A stretch of 42,648 bases of DNA from assembly GCA_038279365.1 (NCBI GenBank), contig JAYODI010000052.1, forward strand, positions 1-42,648, read 5' to 3'. A program made the translations under genes and the position numbers. Positions within the stretch are counted from its first letter, which is position 1. Each line of letters opens with the position of its first letter. The notes below the pieces were generated by a model. The model was not told where the DNA came from. It ran no database searches and saw only the letters and a list, made by a program, of their open reading frames with translations. Positions 16,724-27,797 of the stretch are shown here, in pieces. The DNA is from Candidatus Latescibacterota bacterium (GTDB lineage Bacteria; Latescibacterota; UBA2968).

Positions 16724-16812
16724 CTGTAACAATTGTGTCATATCTTTTGCTATCTGATAAAATTTATAAGTACTTTATTTATGCTCATCATAACAATTGG
16801 TTAAAATAAACT

Positions 16813-18165
16813 GTGGGCGATAATCTCGAAAAAGCAGAAAAACAAAAAAATATACTGGTTGTCGATCAAGAGCGATTAGGGTCTCTCATCCTCAAGATGT
16901 TACACAAAGATCAACTCGGATCTGAGTTGGCAACAGATGGTCTAAAAGCCATTACCAAGTTGCGTACCTTTGCTCCCGATCTCATCGTAGCCGATGTCAA
17001 CATACCAGGTGGTGGCATTCGTTTGGCCGAACTGGTGGCCATGAATCCACGCCTGCAAAATGTGCCTGTCATCCTCATGTCGGCCAATCCAACCCCCGAC
17101 ATTGTTATTCGTGCACGCAATGCTGGAGCAAGTTCCTATTTGGCCAAACCGTTTCGCCCCAGTGAGCTAACCAACCGCATCACGATGGCACTCTCCCAAC
17201 CACCTCCAGCACCACCCAAGGCTGTCGAATCAGCCAAGAGCGACCCAGAAGCCCCCAATGATATAAAAGGCACAGAAGACAAGCCTGAGGGCGAAGATGA
17301 AGACTCCGAACAGGGTTCAGACATCATCAGTCGGGTAAAGTCCATTGAAGGCCTGCCCTCCTTCCCGTCCACCCATGCAGAAATCCTAAAATTAGCCAAA
17401 AGTGACGATGCCTCCAGTGATGATATTGCTGACAAATTACAGCTCGATCCTGGGCTTTTGGCCACGATGTTTAAGCTGGTCAATTCTTCGGCTTACGGGT
17501 TTAACAAGCAAGTCAAAGACCTTTCCTTGGCCGTAACGCTACTTGGTCTAGAAGAAATTGCCAACCTTGTTCTTGCCGCTCAGGTATTTGACAAACTCGG
17601 AAACTACGACGATGGTGCAGGTTTAGATCTCAAAGAGTTTTGGCGTCATTCTGTAGGCACTGCATTTGTCGCACGTGCTGTAGCACGCAAACTCAATACA
17701 GAAGTGGAATCCGCATTTTTAGCGGGCATGATGCACGATTTGGGCAAAATCATTCTCGATCGATATTTTGGTGATTATTACAAAGCCGTTTTTGATGTCA
17801 TTGGCGGGGAAGATATCACCATCTTACAAGCCGAAAAAGAGATTTTGGGTGTCACACACGCCGCTGTTGGTGGTCAATTGGCCGAAGAATGGAAATTTCC
17901 CAAAAATTATCTCAATGCCATTGCTTACCACCACGATGTACGCACCGCTCCACGCTATCAAAGATTGGTGTGTATTATCCATTTGGCCGATGTGATTTGT
18001 CGACGTTTAGAATATGGCAATGGTGGTGACAACCAAAAACCAGATCCCGATGATTCTGCTTTAGATCGGTTCTCATTGGGTGAACGCGGTTTTAAAATTT
18101 TGGTCGAAGTTGCCGAAGAAGAGCTCGAAGGCGCAGCATCATTCCTTGCAGCACTTGCAGGTTAA
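16813..18165 (+). CDS. Response regulator receiver + HDOD domain protein
   Basis: ILVVD...PDLIVADVNIPG...YLAKPF; acidic/Pro linker; LPSFP, DPGL, VNS, FWRHS, AGMMHDLGK, AYHH. Confidence 0.9.
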   Translation: MGDNLEKAEKQKNILVVDQERLGSLILKMLHKDQLGSELATDGLKAITKLRTFAPDLIVADVNIPGGGIRLAELVAMNPRLQNVPVILMSANPTPDIVIRARNAGASSYLAKPFRPSELTNRITMALSQPPPAPPKAVESAKSDPEAPNDIKGTEDKPEGEDEDSEQGSDIISRVKSIEGLPSFPSTHAEILKLAKSDDASSDDIADKLQLDPGLLATMFKLVNSSAYGFNKQVKDLSLAVTLLGLEEIANLVLAAQVFDKLGNYDDGAGLDLKEFWRHSVGTAFVARAVARKLNTEVESAFLAGMMHDLGKIILDRYFGDYYKAVFDVIGGEDITILQAEKEILGVTHAAVGGQLAEEWKFPKNYLNAIAYHHDVRTAPRYQRLVCIIHLADVICRRLEYGNGGDNQKPDPDDSALDRFSLGERGFKILVEVAEEELEGAASFLAALAG

Positions 18166-18186
18166 ACAACCCTGATCAAAAAAAGA

Positions 18187-18221
18187 AAAAAGGCATTGGT
18201 CTAAGTTACCAATGCCTTTTT
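18187..18221. terminator. Bidirectional intrinsic terminator
   Basis: AAAAAGGCATTGGT-N7-ACCAATGCCTTTTT. Confidence 0.85.
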
Positions 18222-18241
18222 ATGTATCCATCCCCAATGCC

Positions 18242-19213
18242 CTATTGCGGAGCCCACCGGGGAACCCGACCCTGGCGAGACATGGTCACCTTTTTAAAAT
18301 TTGAGCCAGTATGATTCACCGTAGCAATATACCAATACGTTTGTACGGTAACAGGCGATACCTCCGAGAACTCAAAAGCCAAAGTCTTACCACTGGGATC
18401 CCAAGTTGGCCATCGGGCTGCATGCAATGGATCCGACACATAGGTAATACGTCGCAAGTCTGACCCATCAATGGCCACGGTATATATCTCAAATTCTGCA
18501 GAAGCAACTTCTTGCCCCCCCAACGGTGCTTGATGCAAGTTTGATGCAAAAGCGATTCGCCTACCATCGGGTGACCAAGCAGGTGTTTCGTGAGCCACAC
18601 GCCCACCCCCTGCAACCAACAGCCTGCGATTTTGCCCATCCACATCCATCACATAGATACTGGTCCCCCCTATTTCTCGCACCTGACACACCAATTGCGC
18701 CCCATCAGGTGACCACGAAACCACTTCTTCATCCTCTGCCGATTGTGTAATATTCCTTTCATTTGAACCATCTACATTGACCACATAAATATCCCATCCT
18801 GTCTCAGCCGAACGTTTGGCCTGAAAAGCCACCTTATTCCCCGTTGGAGACCAACTTGGCGCAAAGTCTCCACCAGAGTCGCCCACAATACGCGTTAATT
18901 GCCCCCCATCCAAGCCCATCGTATAAATATCAAAATTGGCATTCCCACCTAAATTCGACGCAAAAACCAACTGTTTCCCATCAGGCGACCACGATTGACC
19001 ACTAAAATCTGAGCGAGGATCAACATCAGGCAACACCGTTTTCAACCCTGTTCCATCTGACCACATCACATAAAGCTGAAAGTTTAATTCATCTCCCCCA
19101 CCAATAAATGCAATGCGCCCTCCCGGATCCTCTGCATCATGATCCGTTGCAACAGTTATGCGCCCACAACCATACAGCACAACCAAAACCAGGAATAAAG
19201 CCCGAAACAACAT
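18242..19213 (-). CDS. TolB-like PD40 beta-propeller lipoprotein
   Basis: Lipobox LYGC; repeated P.WSPDG..IAF motifs. Confidence 0.85.
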   Translation of the reverse strand: MLFRALFLVLVVLYGCGRITVATDHDAEDPGGRIAFIGGGDELNFQLYVMWSDGTGLKTVLPDVDPRSDFSGQSWSPDGKQLVFASNLGGNANFDIYTMGLDGGQLTRIVGDSGGDFAPSWSPTGNKVAFQAKRSAETGWDIYVVNVDGSNERNITQSAEDEEVVSWSPDGAQLVCQVREIGGTSIYVMDVDGQNRRLLVAGGGRVAHETPAWSPDGRRIAFASNLHQAPLGGQEVASAEFEIYTVAIDGSDLRRITYVSDPLHAARWPTWDPSGKTLAFEFSEVSPVTVQTYWYIATVNHTGSNFKKVTMSRQGRVPRWAPQ

Positions 19214-19356
19214 AACAACACCTCCCTTATGGACAATTCGATTTTCTTATCAGATGCAATCACAGCCCATAGGGTTTAAAAATAAAGGACTTGGAGCCAA
19301 ATGAATTGTTTCTACAAGCAATATTTGTTCATCGCTCTAAGGAGGCATACAATAGA

Positions 19357-19388
19357 AAAAGGCAGGTTGCACGTGCAACCTGCCTTTT
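19357..19388 (-). terminator. Intrinsic terminator (perfect 32-bp palindrome)
   Basis: AAAAGGCAGGTTGCACGTGCAACCTGCCTTTT just after the stop at 19411. Confidence 0.75.
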
Positions 19389-19410
19389 GCCAATCTATAT
19401 AATAGTGACG

Positions 19411-19758
19411 TTATCGCAATACCAACTTACGCCCACGCGCCAACGCACCCCGAAATTGTCGTTTCTGCAAATCTAAAAACAATGCCTGATAATGTGTTTG
19501 TTCCGCCAGCAATTTGCCATTGATGTCTTCAACTTCTCGCATCAGGTCTTCCCGAACCCCCCGAACAGAAGCCACCCGCTGTTTCACATCAGCCAACTTG
19601 TGCACTTCACTTTCAATCAGGTTTTCCAAGCGATCTATCTTTTTTTCTGAGTTTTCCATCTCTGGCAAAACACTCATCTCATAGGCACGAAACTCCAAGA
19701 TGATGCGACTCAAATAAAACAGAGACCCCGCAATCAAGGCCAAATATAACATCGACAT
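19411..19758 (-). CDS. Single-TM coiled-coil hypothetical protein (type X)
   Basis: ATG 19758 after GGGAG; hydrophobic N-terminus, then heptad-like charged helix. Confidence 0.7.
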   Translation of the reverse strand: MSMLYLALIAGSLFYLSRIILEFRAYEMSVLPEMENSEKKIDRLENLIESEVHKLADVKQRVASVRGVREDLMREVEDINGKLLAEQTHYQALFLDLQKRQFRGALARGRKLVLR

Positions 19759-19841
19759 AATCGCTCCCGACAGCTTTTTTGGGGAGAGCTTATGTGGGGA
19801 TTTTACAAGGTCAAAAACAAGGGGGATGACCCGATGAGGCA

Positions 19842-19870
19842 AGTATAATCATTTTCAATATTGAAATCAA
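19842..19870 (-). promoter_or_regulatory. sigma70-like promoter with palindromic spacer
   Basis: TTGATT-17 bp-TATACT on the minus strand; TTTCAATATTGAAA palindrome at 19853-19866. Confidence 0.55.
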
Positions 19871-20003
19871 GGGCATCATCAAAATATATTTTTCCAGCCC
19901 TCTAATACACCGCTATTACTACGATCTTATACAATTCGCTTTTGCCACAACCTCTTATTTTCAAGATCACAGCCACCAAGGGGAGGTAACACTTTTACGT
20001 TTT

Positions 20004-20498
20004 TTAAATCTGTTTGGGCACATCATAAAAAAGCTTTAAACCGCGTCCATTTTTTATAGCCGACCACGCATCCACCTCAAATGCCAAACCAAACACGCCA
20101 CAGGTAGGCATTTCATCAATATCTTCTCCAGACAAAAACCTGACAATATCTGTCATATAAGGATTGTGCCCAATCACCATAACAGACTTAAAATGATAAT
20201 CAACACCACAAACCAGCGTTAACAAATCTGTCGCATTTCCCGAATAAATACGCTCATCCCAAACGACGCTCTCAATAGGATATTGTAGCTCCTTGAGCAA
20301 ACGTTTTGCCGTCGCCTTTGCACGTTTTGCAGGGCTACACAAAACCAAATCCAAAGTAACAGCACGGCGCATTCTCAAATGCTCACCCATCTCAGGGGCG
20401 TCTTTTTTGCCCCGACTGTTTAAGGGCCGATCAAAATCTGCCTGTTGGCCATTTGCCCAACTCGATTTTGCATGCCGCACCAAATATAGACGTTTCAT
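20004..20498 (-). CDS. sixA: Phosphohistidine phosphatase SixA family
   Basis: LVRHAKS, DRPLNSRG, CSPA.RA..TA, IGHNP; start ATG 20498 after AGGAG. Confidence 0.88.
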   Translation of the reverse strand: MKRLYLVRHAKSSWANGQQADFDRPLNSRGKKDAPEMGEHLRMRRAVTLDLVLCSPAKRAKATAKRLLKELQYPIESVVWDERIYSGNATDLLTLVCGVDYHFKSVMVIGHNPYMTDIVRFLSGEDIDEMPTCGVFGLAFEVDAWSAIKNGRGLKLFYDVPKQI

Positions 20499-20588
20499 CT
20501 CGCTCCTAAAATCAAAAATAAAAAACACTCACCAAATCTCTTAGCAAGTGTCACCACCCATATCTATTCCGATTACAATGTCGTCCGA

Positions 20589-20900
20589 TTAAATCCGAGG
20601 CTGAGAGCCTCCCGAATCGACAACAAGCTCAGTTTGAGCCTGATCGGATGTTTGCAAGCGGATACCAATATCGTGAATCAATTCTTTCATAAACCGAATG
20701 CGCTCACTGCTTAAAGCTTCTTCAGCCTGAATGCCTTCCTGTTTGGCCAATACGTTTTGGAATTCTTCCTTTTTGGTTTGCAAACCCTCCTTAACACGAT
20801 TGAGCCGTCGCTCCAAATCGCGCATTTTGGTGGCAGTAAAAAACTTTATCCCCACCACCATAACAAGAGAAAGCAGCATCCAAATAATCAAACCGATCAC
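20589..20900 (-). CDS. Single-TM coiled-coil hypothetical protein (type Y)
   Basis: Hydrophobic residues 1-20, then charged helix; GAGG RBS; TTGACA-17-CATACT upstream (20937-20965). Confidence 0.7.
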   Translation of the reverse strand: MIGLIIWMLLSLVMVVGIKFFTATKMRDLERRLNRVKEGLQTKKEEFQNVLAKQEGIQAEEALSSERIRFMKELIHDIGIRLQTSDQAQTELVVDSGGSQPRI

Positions 20901-21118
20901 CTCACAAAATAATCAATCGTCAAAATTATTATTTATAGTATGACGTATTACGCGCCCTATGTCAACATATTATCTTTCCTGAACTTATAAATAAACCACA
21001 AAATGGAATATAAACTCTGCAATCTCAACCCATATATACAAAAATCAAAACCGACTCCCATATGATCCATGAGCGCCGGTTTTGTCTCACATAATATGTG
21101 TATGCCCCCAAAAAGATA

Positions 21119-21325
21119 CTAAGATGGAGATTTGCCAAAAAATGACAGAATCCCCTTCTTCAAAGCCCCAGCCTCATCCAATTCCTCGGCCAACATTTCG
21201 GTAACGGTCTGATCTTGCTCTTTGCCCGCCTCATTAATATAAACATGCCAATGTTTCACCATGCGTCTTGCACGCGCTTGATACCGTGTGCCCTGATATT
21301 CAAATTCTATCATCTCACCCCTCAT
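21119..21325 (-). CDS. Small hypothetical protein (likely start ATG 21313)
   Basis: Plausible composition and RBS; followed by a weak hairpin at 21047-21082. Confidence 0.55.
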   Translation of the reverse strand: MRGEMIEFEYQGTRYQARARRMVKHWHVYINEAGKEQDQTVTEMLAEELDEAGALKKGILSFFGKSPS

Positions 21326-21407
21326 ATCTTACCATGAACAAATGAACGTCCATATATGTCCAATTATAGACACACGGCAAACCAAAGACAATGTGGAATT
21401 TAAAATT

Positions 21408-21445
21408 AAAAAGGAGCTTACGAACAAAATCGTAAGCTCCTTTTA
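21408..21445 (-). terminator. Intrinsic terminator after tRNA-Leu
   Basis: AAAAGGAGCTTACG-N8-CGTAAGCTCCTTTT. Confidence 0.8.
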
Positions 21446-21448
21446 AGA

Positions 21449-21535
21449 TGGTGCCGAAAAGGGGATTCGAACCCCTACACGGTTTCCCGTACTGCCCCCT
21501 CAAGACAGCGTGTCTACCAATTCCACCATTTCGGC
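21449..21535 (-). tRNA. tRNA-Leu (anticodon GAG)
   Basis: GCCGAAA acceptor stem, TGGTGGAATTGGTAGACAC D arm, CTGTC-TTGAGGG-GGCAG anticodon arm, long variable arm, GGTTCGAATCC, encoded CCA; classical position after secG. Confidence 0.97.
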
Positions 21536-21548
21536 TTCGGCACGATCA

Positions 21549-21926
21549 TTATTTTCCAGAATCAGCAGGTGCTGGTGTTTGTGTGCTTTCTACCGGAGCG
21601 GCAGGATTAAAGGGTTGTGGCATGGTTTGTGTTGCACCGCCCCCTTGTTCCAACAAACGTTCGGCTGCGGTTTTGACACCTGCGTCAGATGGGCGTCCGG
21701 CATACCACAAACTCACACACGTCAGTGCAAAGAGTATACCTGCATACGTGGTTACTTTGGCCAAAATGGGCACAGCGCCACCGCCTCCAAACATCGAAGA
21801 CCCACCGCCACTCATACCACCAAACGCACCACCAGAAAGCCCACCGCTTTTGCCTGGCTGCATCAAAATAGACATAATCAGCACAAGACAAACAAGCACA
21901 TGCACAATCAAAAGAAAAATTTCCAT
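21549..21926 (-). CDS. secG: Preprotein translocase subunit SecG
   Basis: ILMQPGKSGGLSGGAFGG, L.K.T; tpiA-secG-tRNA-Leu synteny. Confidence 0.93.
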   Translation of the reverse strand: MEIFLLIVHVLVCLVLIMSILMQPGKSGGLSGGAFGGMSGGGSSMFGGGGAVPILAKVTTYAGILFALTCVSLWYAGRPSDAGVKTAAERLLEQGGGATQTMPQPFNPAAPVESTQTPAPADSGK

Positions 21927-21938
21927 ACCAACAAACTC

Positions 21939-22697
21939 CTAAACTGCCGCTTTAACAATCGCAGCAAATGAGTCAGCAACCAATGCTGCACCGCCAATGA
22001 GGCCCCCATCAATATTGGGTTGGCCAAACAAATCGACGGCATTATCGGGTTTTACAGAACCACCATATTGGATACGCACACTTTGTGCAACCGCTTCGTT
22101 ATACAAATCAGCCAAAACTTGGCGAATCATGCCGTGCACTGCATCTGCCTGATCGGGTGAAGCTGTCAGGCCTGTGCCAATGGCCCACACTGGTTCATAG
22201 GCCAAAACCAAATCTTTTGCTTCATTCGCCAAAATACCTTCAAGAGCACCCGTAACCTGCTTGCGAACCACCTGATTGGTCACTTCAGACTTACGCTCTT
22301 CAAGGGTTTCACCTACACAAACAATAGGCTTTAAACCAACACGCAGTGCTGTTTTCAGGCGTTTGTTTACACTCTTGTCTGTTTCGCCAAAATATTGCCG
22401 ACGCTCAGAGTGGCCTAATATAACGTATTTGCACCCACAAGTCAATAACATCGCGCCAGACACTTCGCCCGTAAAAGCACCTTCCGCTTCCCAATGCATA
22501 TTTTGTGCACCCAATTCAACAGACGACCCTGCAAGTACGCTTGCCATACGTTCCAGTGCCGTATAAGGCGGGCACACCACCACATCCACGCCATCTATAC
22601 CAGAAACGGCAGAAACCACGCCCGTTACAAGTGCTTCAGCCTCATCTGATGTCTTGTTCATTTTCCAGTTGCCAGCCACAATCGGTTTTCGCATCAT
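21939..22697 (-). CDS. tpiA: Triosephosphate isomerase
   Basis: AGNWKMN, ILGHSERR, AYEPVWAIGTG, YGGSV, GGA.L. Confidence 0.98.
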   Translation of the reverse strand: MMRKPIVAGNWKMNKTSDEAEALVTGVVSAVSGIDGVDVVVCPPYTALERMASVLAGSSVELGAQNMHWEAEGAFTGEVSGAMLLTCGCKYVILGHSERRQYFGETDKSVNKRLKTALRVGLKPIVCVGETLEERKSEVTNQVVRKQVTGALEGILANEAKDLVLAYEPVWAIGTGLTASPDQADAVHGMIRQVLADLYNEAVAQSVRIQYGGSVKPDNAVDLFGQPNIDGGLIGGAALVADSFAAIVKAAV

Positions 22698-22703
22698 AAA
22701 CTC

Positions 22704-23921
22704 CTATTCGGTCTCACCATCCGTCGATTTATCCGATAACGCTGCCACCCCAGGAAGCGTCTTACCCTCTAAAAACTCAAGCGAAGCACCACCACCCGTC
22801 GAAACATGGCTCAGTGTTTCGGCCATTCCAAAATCAGCCACAGCCGCAGCTGTTTCTCCACCACCGACAATGGTTGTTGCACCACCATCTGTCGCATCAA
22901 CCAAAGCTTGGGCCACTGCACGTGAACCCAGTGAAAACGAATAAATCTCGCACACGCCCAAAGGGCCATTCCAAATAATGGTTTTTGCTTTTTTCACTTC
23001 ATCAGCAAACAGTTTTCGCGTCTCTGGCCCAATATCAAAACCTTCCAAATCTGCGGGAATTTGATCTCGAGGCACCGTTTGTGTGGGTACACCTTCGGCC
23101 ATATCCGCGGCCACAACCGTATCAACAGGCAATAACAATTTTACACCTTCATCTTTGGCGCGTTGAATCAATTTGGAAGCCACATCAATACGATCTTTTT
23201 CCAAAAGGGATTTGCCTATTTCCAAACCCATTGCTTTAAAAAAGGTAAAGGCCATCCCACCGCCAATAAGTAGCGTATCCACCTTGGAGAACAAATGTTC
23301 AATCACATCAATTTTGCCCGAAATTTTAGCCCCCCCCATAATTGCAACAAAGGGCCTTTCTGGTTCGGCCAATGCACCGCCCAAATAATCCAATTCTTTT
23401 TGCAACAACAAACCAGCAGCACATTCCACAAAATAATGGGTCACACCTTCCGTTGACGCATGTGCCCGATGTGCCGTGCCAAATGCGTCATTTACATACA
23501 AATCGCCCAATTCGGCCAATTGCATAGCAAAACCAGGGGCATTGTCTTCTTCTTCGTGGTGAAATCTTAAATTTTCCAACAAAACCACAGAACCTTCGGG
23601 GGCGCTCTTTACAACCGCGCTTGTCTGCGCGCCCACACAATCGGGTGCCATAATTACTTCTCGCCCAAGCAATACTTGCAAAGCCTCGGCAACAGGTTTG
23701 AGTGATAGTTTTTTCACCACCTCGCCATTGGGGCGTCCCAAATGCGACATCAATACGGGTTGTCCACCCTGATCTAAAATATGTCGAATGGTAGGGAGTG
23801 AAGCGCGCAAACGCGTGTCATCTCCCACCCGTCCATCTTCATCAATTGGCACGTTAAAGTCTACACGCGTCAACACGCGCTTGCCTGCCAAATTGAGATC
23901 CAGAATCGATAATTTATTCAC
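22704..23921 (-). CDS. pgk: Phosphoglycerate kinase
   Basis: RVDFNVP, SHLGRP, LENLRF, DAFGTAHRAHAS, STGGGASLE; GTG start 23921 after GGAGG. Confidence 0.98.
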   Translation of the reverse strand: MNKLSILDLNLAGKRVLTRVDFNVPIDEDGRVGDDTRLRASLPTIRHILDQGGQPVLMSHLGRPNGEVVKKLSLKPVAEALQVLLGREVIMAPDCVGAQTSAVVKSAPEGSVVLLENLRFHHEEEDNAPGFAMQLAELGDLYVNDAFGTAHRAHASTEGVTHYFVECAAGLLLQKELDYLGGALAEPERPFVAIMGGAKISGKIDVIEHLFSKVDTLLIGGGMAFTFFKAMGLEIGKSLLEKDRIDVASKLIQRAKDEGVKLLLPVDTVVAADMAEGVPTQTVPRDQIPADLEGFDIGPETRKLFADEVKKAKTIIWNGPLGVCEIYSFSLGSRAVAQALVDATDGGATTIVGGGETAAAVADFGMAETLSHVSTGGGASLEFLEGKTLPGVAALSDKSTDGETE

Positions 23922-23952
23922 AATCCCCTCCGGGAAACGCACCATACAAATC

Positions 23953-23997
23953 ATAAATCCCGCCCCGCAACAAAAAAGCGGCGTAGGCGGGATTTAT
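23953..23997 (-). terminator. gap-pgk intergenic hairpin (attenuator/mRNA stabiliser)
   Basis: ATAAATCCCGCC/GGCGGGATTTAT stem. Confidence 0.55.
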
Positions 23998-24020
23998 AAG
24001 ACAAAAACACACAATTAAAT

Positions 24021-25076
<1,056 letters not shown>

Positions 25077-25102
25077 CTATTTCGTGGCGTAATGAAAAAA
25101 CA

Positions 25103-26143
25103 TTATCCAAAAAAGACCTTTGCAATATCGTAAAGGCCCATATCAACCGTTCGCAACTTCGATACCGCATCCTTTAAGTCTATGGCCACAATATCCGTGC
25201 CCTTCAAGGCCACCATCTTGCCAAAATTACCTTCATGAACCAAGTCTATGGCCGCAATACCAAATCGAGTCCCCAAAACGCGGTCAAATGCGGTTGGGCT
25301 GCCCCCACGTTGAATGTGCCCCAACACAGTTGCACGGCTTTCAAACCCTGTACGTTTTTCGATTTCATCACTCAACATGGTGCCAATACCACCCAATCGA
25401 ACATGACCAAATGCATCCTTTTCTTGCGATTGCAAGACAAAACTGTCATCGGCCAACTTTGCACCCTCGGCCACCACCACAATACTAAAGGTTTTGCCTC
25501 TGGAATGGCGCTTTTTAATTGTGGCGCACACTTCGTCCAAATCAAAAGGTGTTTCGGGAATCAAAACAATATCTGCGCCCCCAGCAATGCCAGCTTCAAC
25601 TGCTATCCAACCGGCATGTCTGCCCATCACTTCCACCACCATAACCCGGTTGTGAGACTCGGCCGTGGTATGCAACCGATCGATGGCCTCCATCACAATA
25701 TTAATAGCCGTATCAAATCCAAAAGTTTGATCTGTTCCATCCAAGTCATTATCAATCGTTTTGGGCACACCAATGACAGATAACCCTTGCTGTGTGAGCT
25801 TGTGAGCCACCCCCAACGTATCATCACCACCAATGGCAATGAGTGCATCCAAACCCATTTTTTTCATACCTTCGGCAACGACTTGCCCCCCGTTATCGCC
25901 CTCTTTAAACGGATTGGTGCGCGAAGTACCCAAAATAGTACCGCCTCGGTGCAAAATACCCGACACATTGTGCAAGTCTAAGGGACGAGACAAACCTTTC
26001 ATCATCCCGCGCCACCCTTCCAACACACCAACTACTTCATAATCATAATATGTAATGCCTTTGCGAACAATTCCGCGAATGACGGCATTCAAACCAGGGC
26101 AATCTCCTCCACCGGTTAATACACCTACCCGCTTTGTTGCCAT
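25103..26143 (-). CDS. pfkA: 6-phosphofructokinase (group III; likely PPi-dependent)
   Basis: GGGDCPGLNA, IGGDDT, PKTIDND, EVMGRHAG; ATG 26143. Confidence 0.93.
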   Translation of the reverse strand: MATKRVGVLTGGGDCPGLNAVIRGIVRKGITYYDYEVVGVLEGWRGMMKGLSRPLDLHNVSGILHRGGTILGTSRTNPFKEGDNGGQVVAEGMKKMGLDALIAIGGDDTLGVAHKLTQQGLSVIGVPKTIDNDLDGTDQTFGFDTAINIVMEAIDRLHTTAESHNRVMVVEVMGRHAGWIAVEAGIAGGADIVLIPETPFDLDEVCATIKKRHSRGKTFSIVVVAEGAKLADDSFVLQSQEKDAFGHVRLGGIGTMLSDEIEKRTGFESRATVLGHIQRGGSPTAFDRVLGTRFGIAAIDLVHEGNFGKMVALKGTDIVAIDLKDAVSKLRTVDMGLYDIAKVFFG

Positions 26144-26249
26144 AAAAATCTCCCAATATAAAAAAACCAACAAACCCCAATACTCTCCTCCCTGCCCCAC
26201 GAAATCAACACCTTCCACCCAATCATCATCAAACCGCCCAAGGAGTTGG

Positions 26250-26278
26250 AATTTAACAGATTGCAAAATAGGTGTCAA
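26250..26278 (-). promoter_or_regulatory. sigma70 promoter of the pfk-gap-pgk-tpiA-secG cluster
   Basis: TTGACA-17 bp-(TGn)TAAATT. Confidence 0.65.
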
Positions 26279-26491
26279 GGGTTTGTTATCAAACACGCAT
26301 ACAGGTATAAATATACCTCATCTTTTATAGACCTTCCAAATGCAGTTTCTCGGCAACAGCAACGATGCTTTTTCCACCCATAAAGCCCACCAGACGAATA
26401 ACACCATTTATGAATGGTAGCAGATTCAATACGCTACCCGATATCTGTTTTTGGGAGTATGATTTTAACAGATCTCAGAGAGCGCTTATGT

Positions 26492-27175
26492 CTAAAAATC
26501 AGAAGACATGTCTTCTCCTAATTCTGGCCGTGCAACGGTTGCCACAACAACCTGTTTGACACCCGCCTCTATCAAAACTTTAACACAGGCACTTATCGTG
26601 GCCCCTGTGGTCACCACATCATCTATTAAGATGACCAACCGCCCACAAATAACACTGGCATCTCGAACAGCAAATGCAGAATCCATGTTAAGATAACGTG
26701 CTTTTCGATCCAAACGCGTTTGCGATGGTGTATGCCGCACCCGCTTAAGGCCTGTTTCACAAACCTGAAATCCTGTAACCTGCCCCATTGCACGCGCAAT
26801 AATGGCACTTTGATTATACCCTCGTTCTCTTTTTCGTGCCGAATACAAAGGCACTGGCACCACCAACCAATCAGCCATTCCCAACTCGCCAACCAAACCA
26901 TTCCCCAAGGCCTGCCCCAAAAGCCTCCCTGGCAAAGTTTTTCCCTGATACTTAAGCATGTGAATGAGTTTGCGTAAGGGGTCATTAAATGCTTGTAAAA
27001 AATAAACATCTATCCCATCAATTTGACTCACATCGATTTGTTTTCCCTCATTTAGCCCAACCATTTCTGCACAGGTATTGCACAAACCTGGCTGATTGGA
27101 CAATGACTTTTGGCAAAGAATACAATGAGGCGGGTATAAAAACCGCAACAGACTGTGCCATATCCAAATACCCAC
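26492..27175 (-). CDS. comF: ComF family phosphoribosyltransferase-like protein
   Basis: YPPHCILC..LC..C, LKY.G, VPVPL...R.RERGYNQS, LIDDVVTTGAT; GTG 27175 after GGAGG (ORF extends to 27241). Confidence 0.9.
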   Translation of the reverse strand: MGIWIWHSLLRFLYPPHCILCQKSLSNQPGLCNTCAEMVGLNEGKQIDVSQIDGIDVYFLQAFNDPLRKLIHMLKYQGKTLPGRLLGQALGNGLVGELGMADWLVVPVPLYSARKRERGYNQSAIIARAMGQVTGFQVCETGLKRVRHTPSQTRLDRKARYLNMDSAFAVRDASVICGRLVILIDDVVTTGATISACVKVLIEAGVKQVVVATVARPELGEDMSSDF

Positions 27176-27261
27176 ATCAACCTCCACGTGATCCAGATCA
27201 CATTCAGCGCCACCAAACTTTATGATATTTAACCCATTCATTCAGATCAAAAGGACCACAA

Positions 27262-27621
27262 ATGACAAAACGCATCCTCATTATAGACGATGAATCAGGC
27301 TTTTGCGATGTGCTCAAAGACCTGCTTGAAGATGAAGGATATACCGTCGACGCGCCTCTTCAGCTGGCGTCTGCTATTGGCATTGCCCTTTTGGGTAATT
27401 ACGATCTCATCATTCTCGACTTACGTATGCCTGGCATAGATGGTTTGGAAATAGCACGCCTTTTTAAACAACGTAAACTGATCACACCCATTTTAATCAT
27501 TTCGGGCTATATCACAGATGACATGCCCATAAAATTAGACCAGTTAGGCATACAGCACATGCTGTCCAAACCCTCGGGGGTTTCTCAGTTGCGTCAGGCT
27601 GTGGCCACAGCCATAGCTTAA
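27262..27621 (+). CDS. Single-domain response regulator
   Basis: ILIIDDE, LDLRMPGIDG, ISG, KP. Confidence 0.9.
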   Translation: MTKRILIIDDESGFCDVLKDLLEDEGYTVDAPLQLASAIGIALLGNYDLIILDLRMPGIDGLEIARLFKQRKLITPILIISGYITDDMPIKLDQLGIQHMLSKPSGVSQLRQAVATAIA

Positions 27622-27797
27622 ACACCGCGTAATCAGACAATTCCTTCCATGCCCCAATTGATTTTGGGGCATTTTTTTATCTCAAACGCTCCAAATTGCC
27701 TTTATCTAACCATTTGCTTATCTTCATTCTTGCTTCAACACCAAAGCCTTTTTGACGATATCTCATCTCCATCTTTACAGATCGTGGAAAACAGACC

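Noticed and set aside
21449-21535. tRNA-Leu as the integration site of an island
   Set aside because: I saw no duplicated tRNA 3' end or integrase in the window; the tRNA is followed directly by its terminator.
21448-21971. Plus-strand ORFs over tRNA-Leu/secG and other long antisense ORFs (e.g. 12122-12715, 13312-13959)
   Set aside because: Shadows of well-supported genes on the opposite strand.
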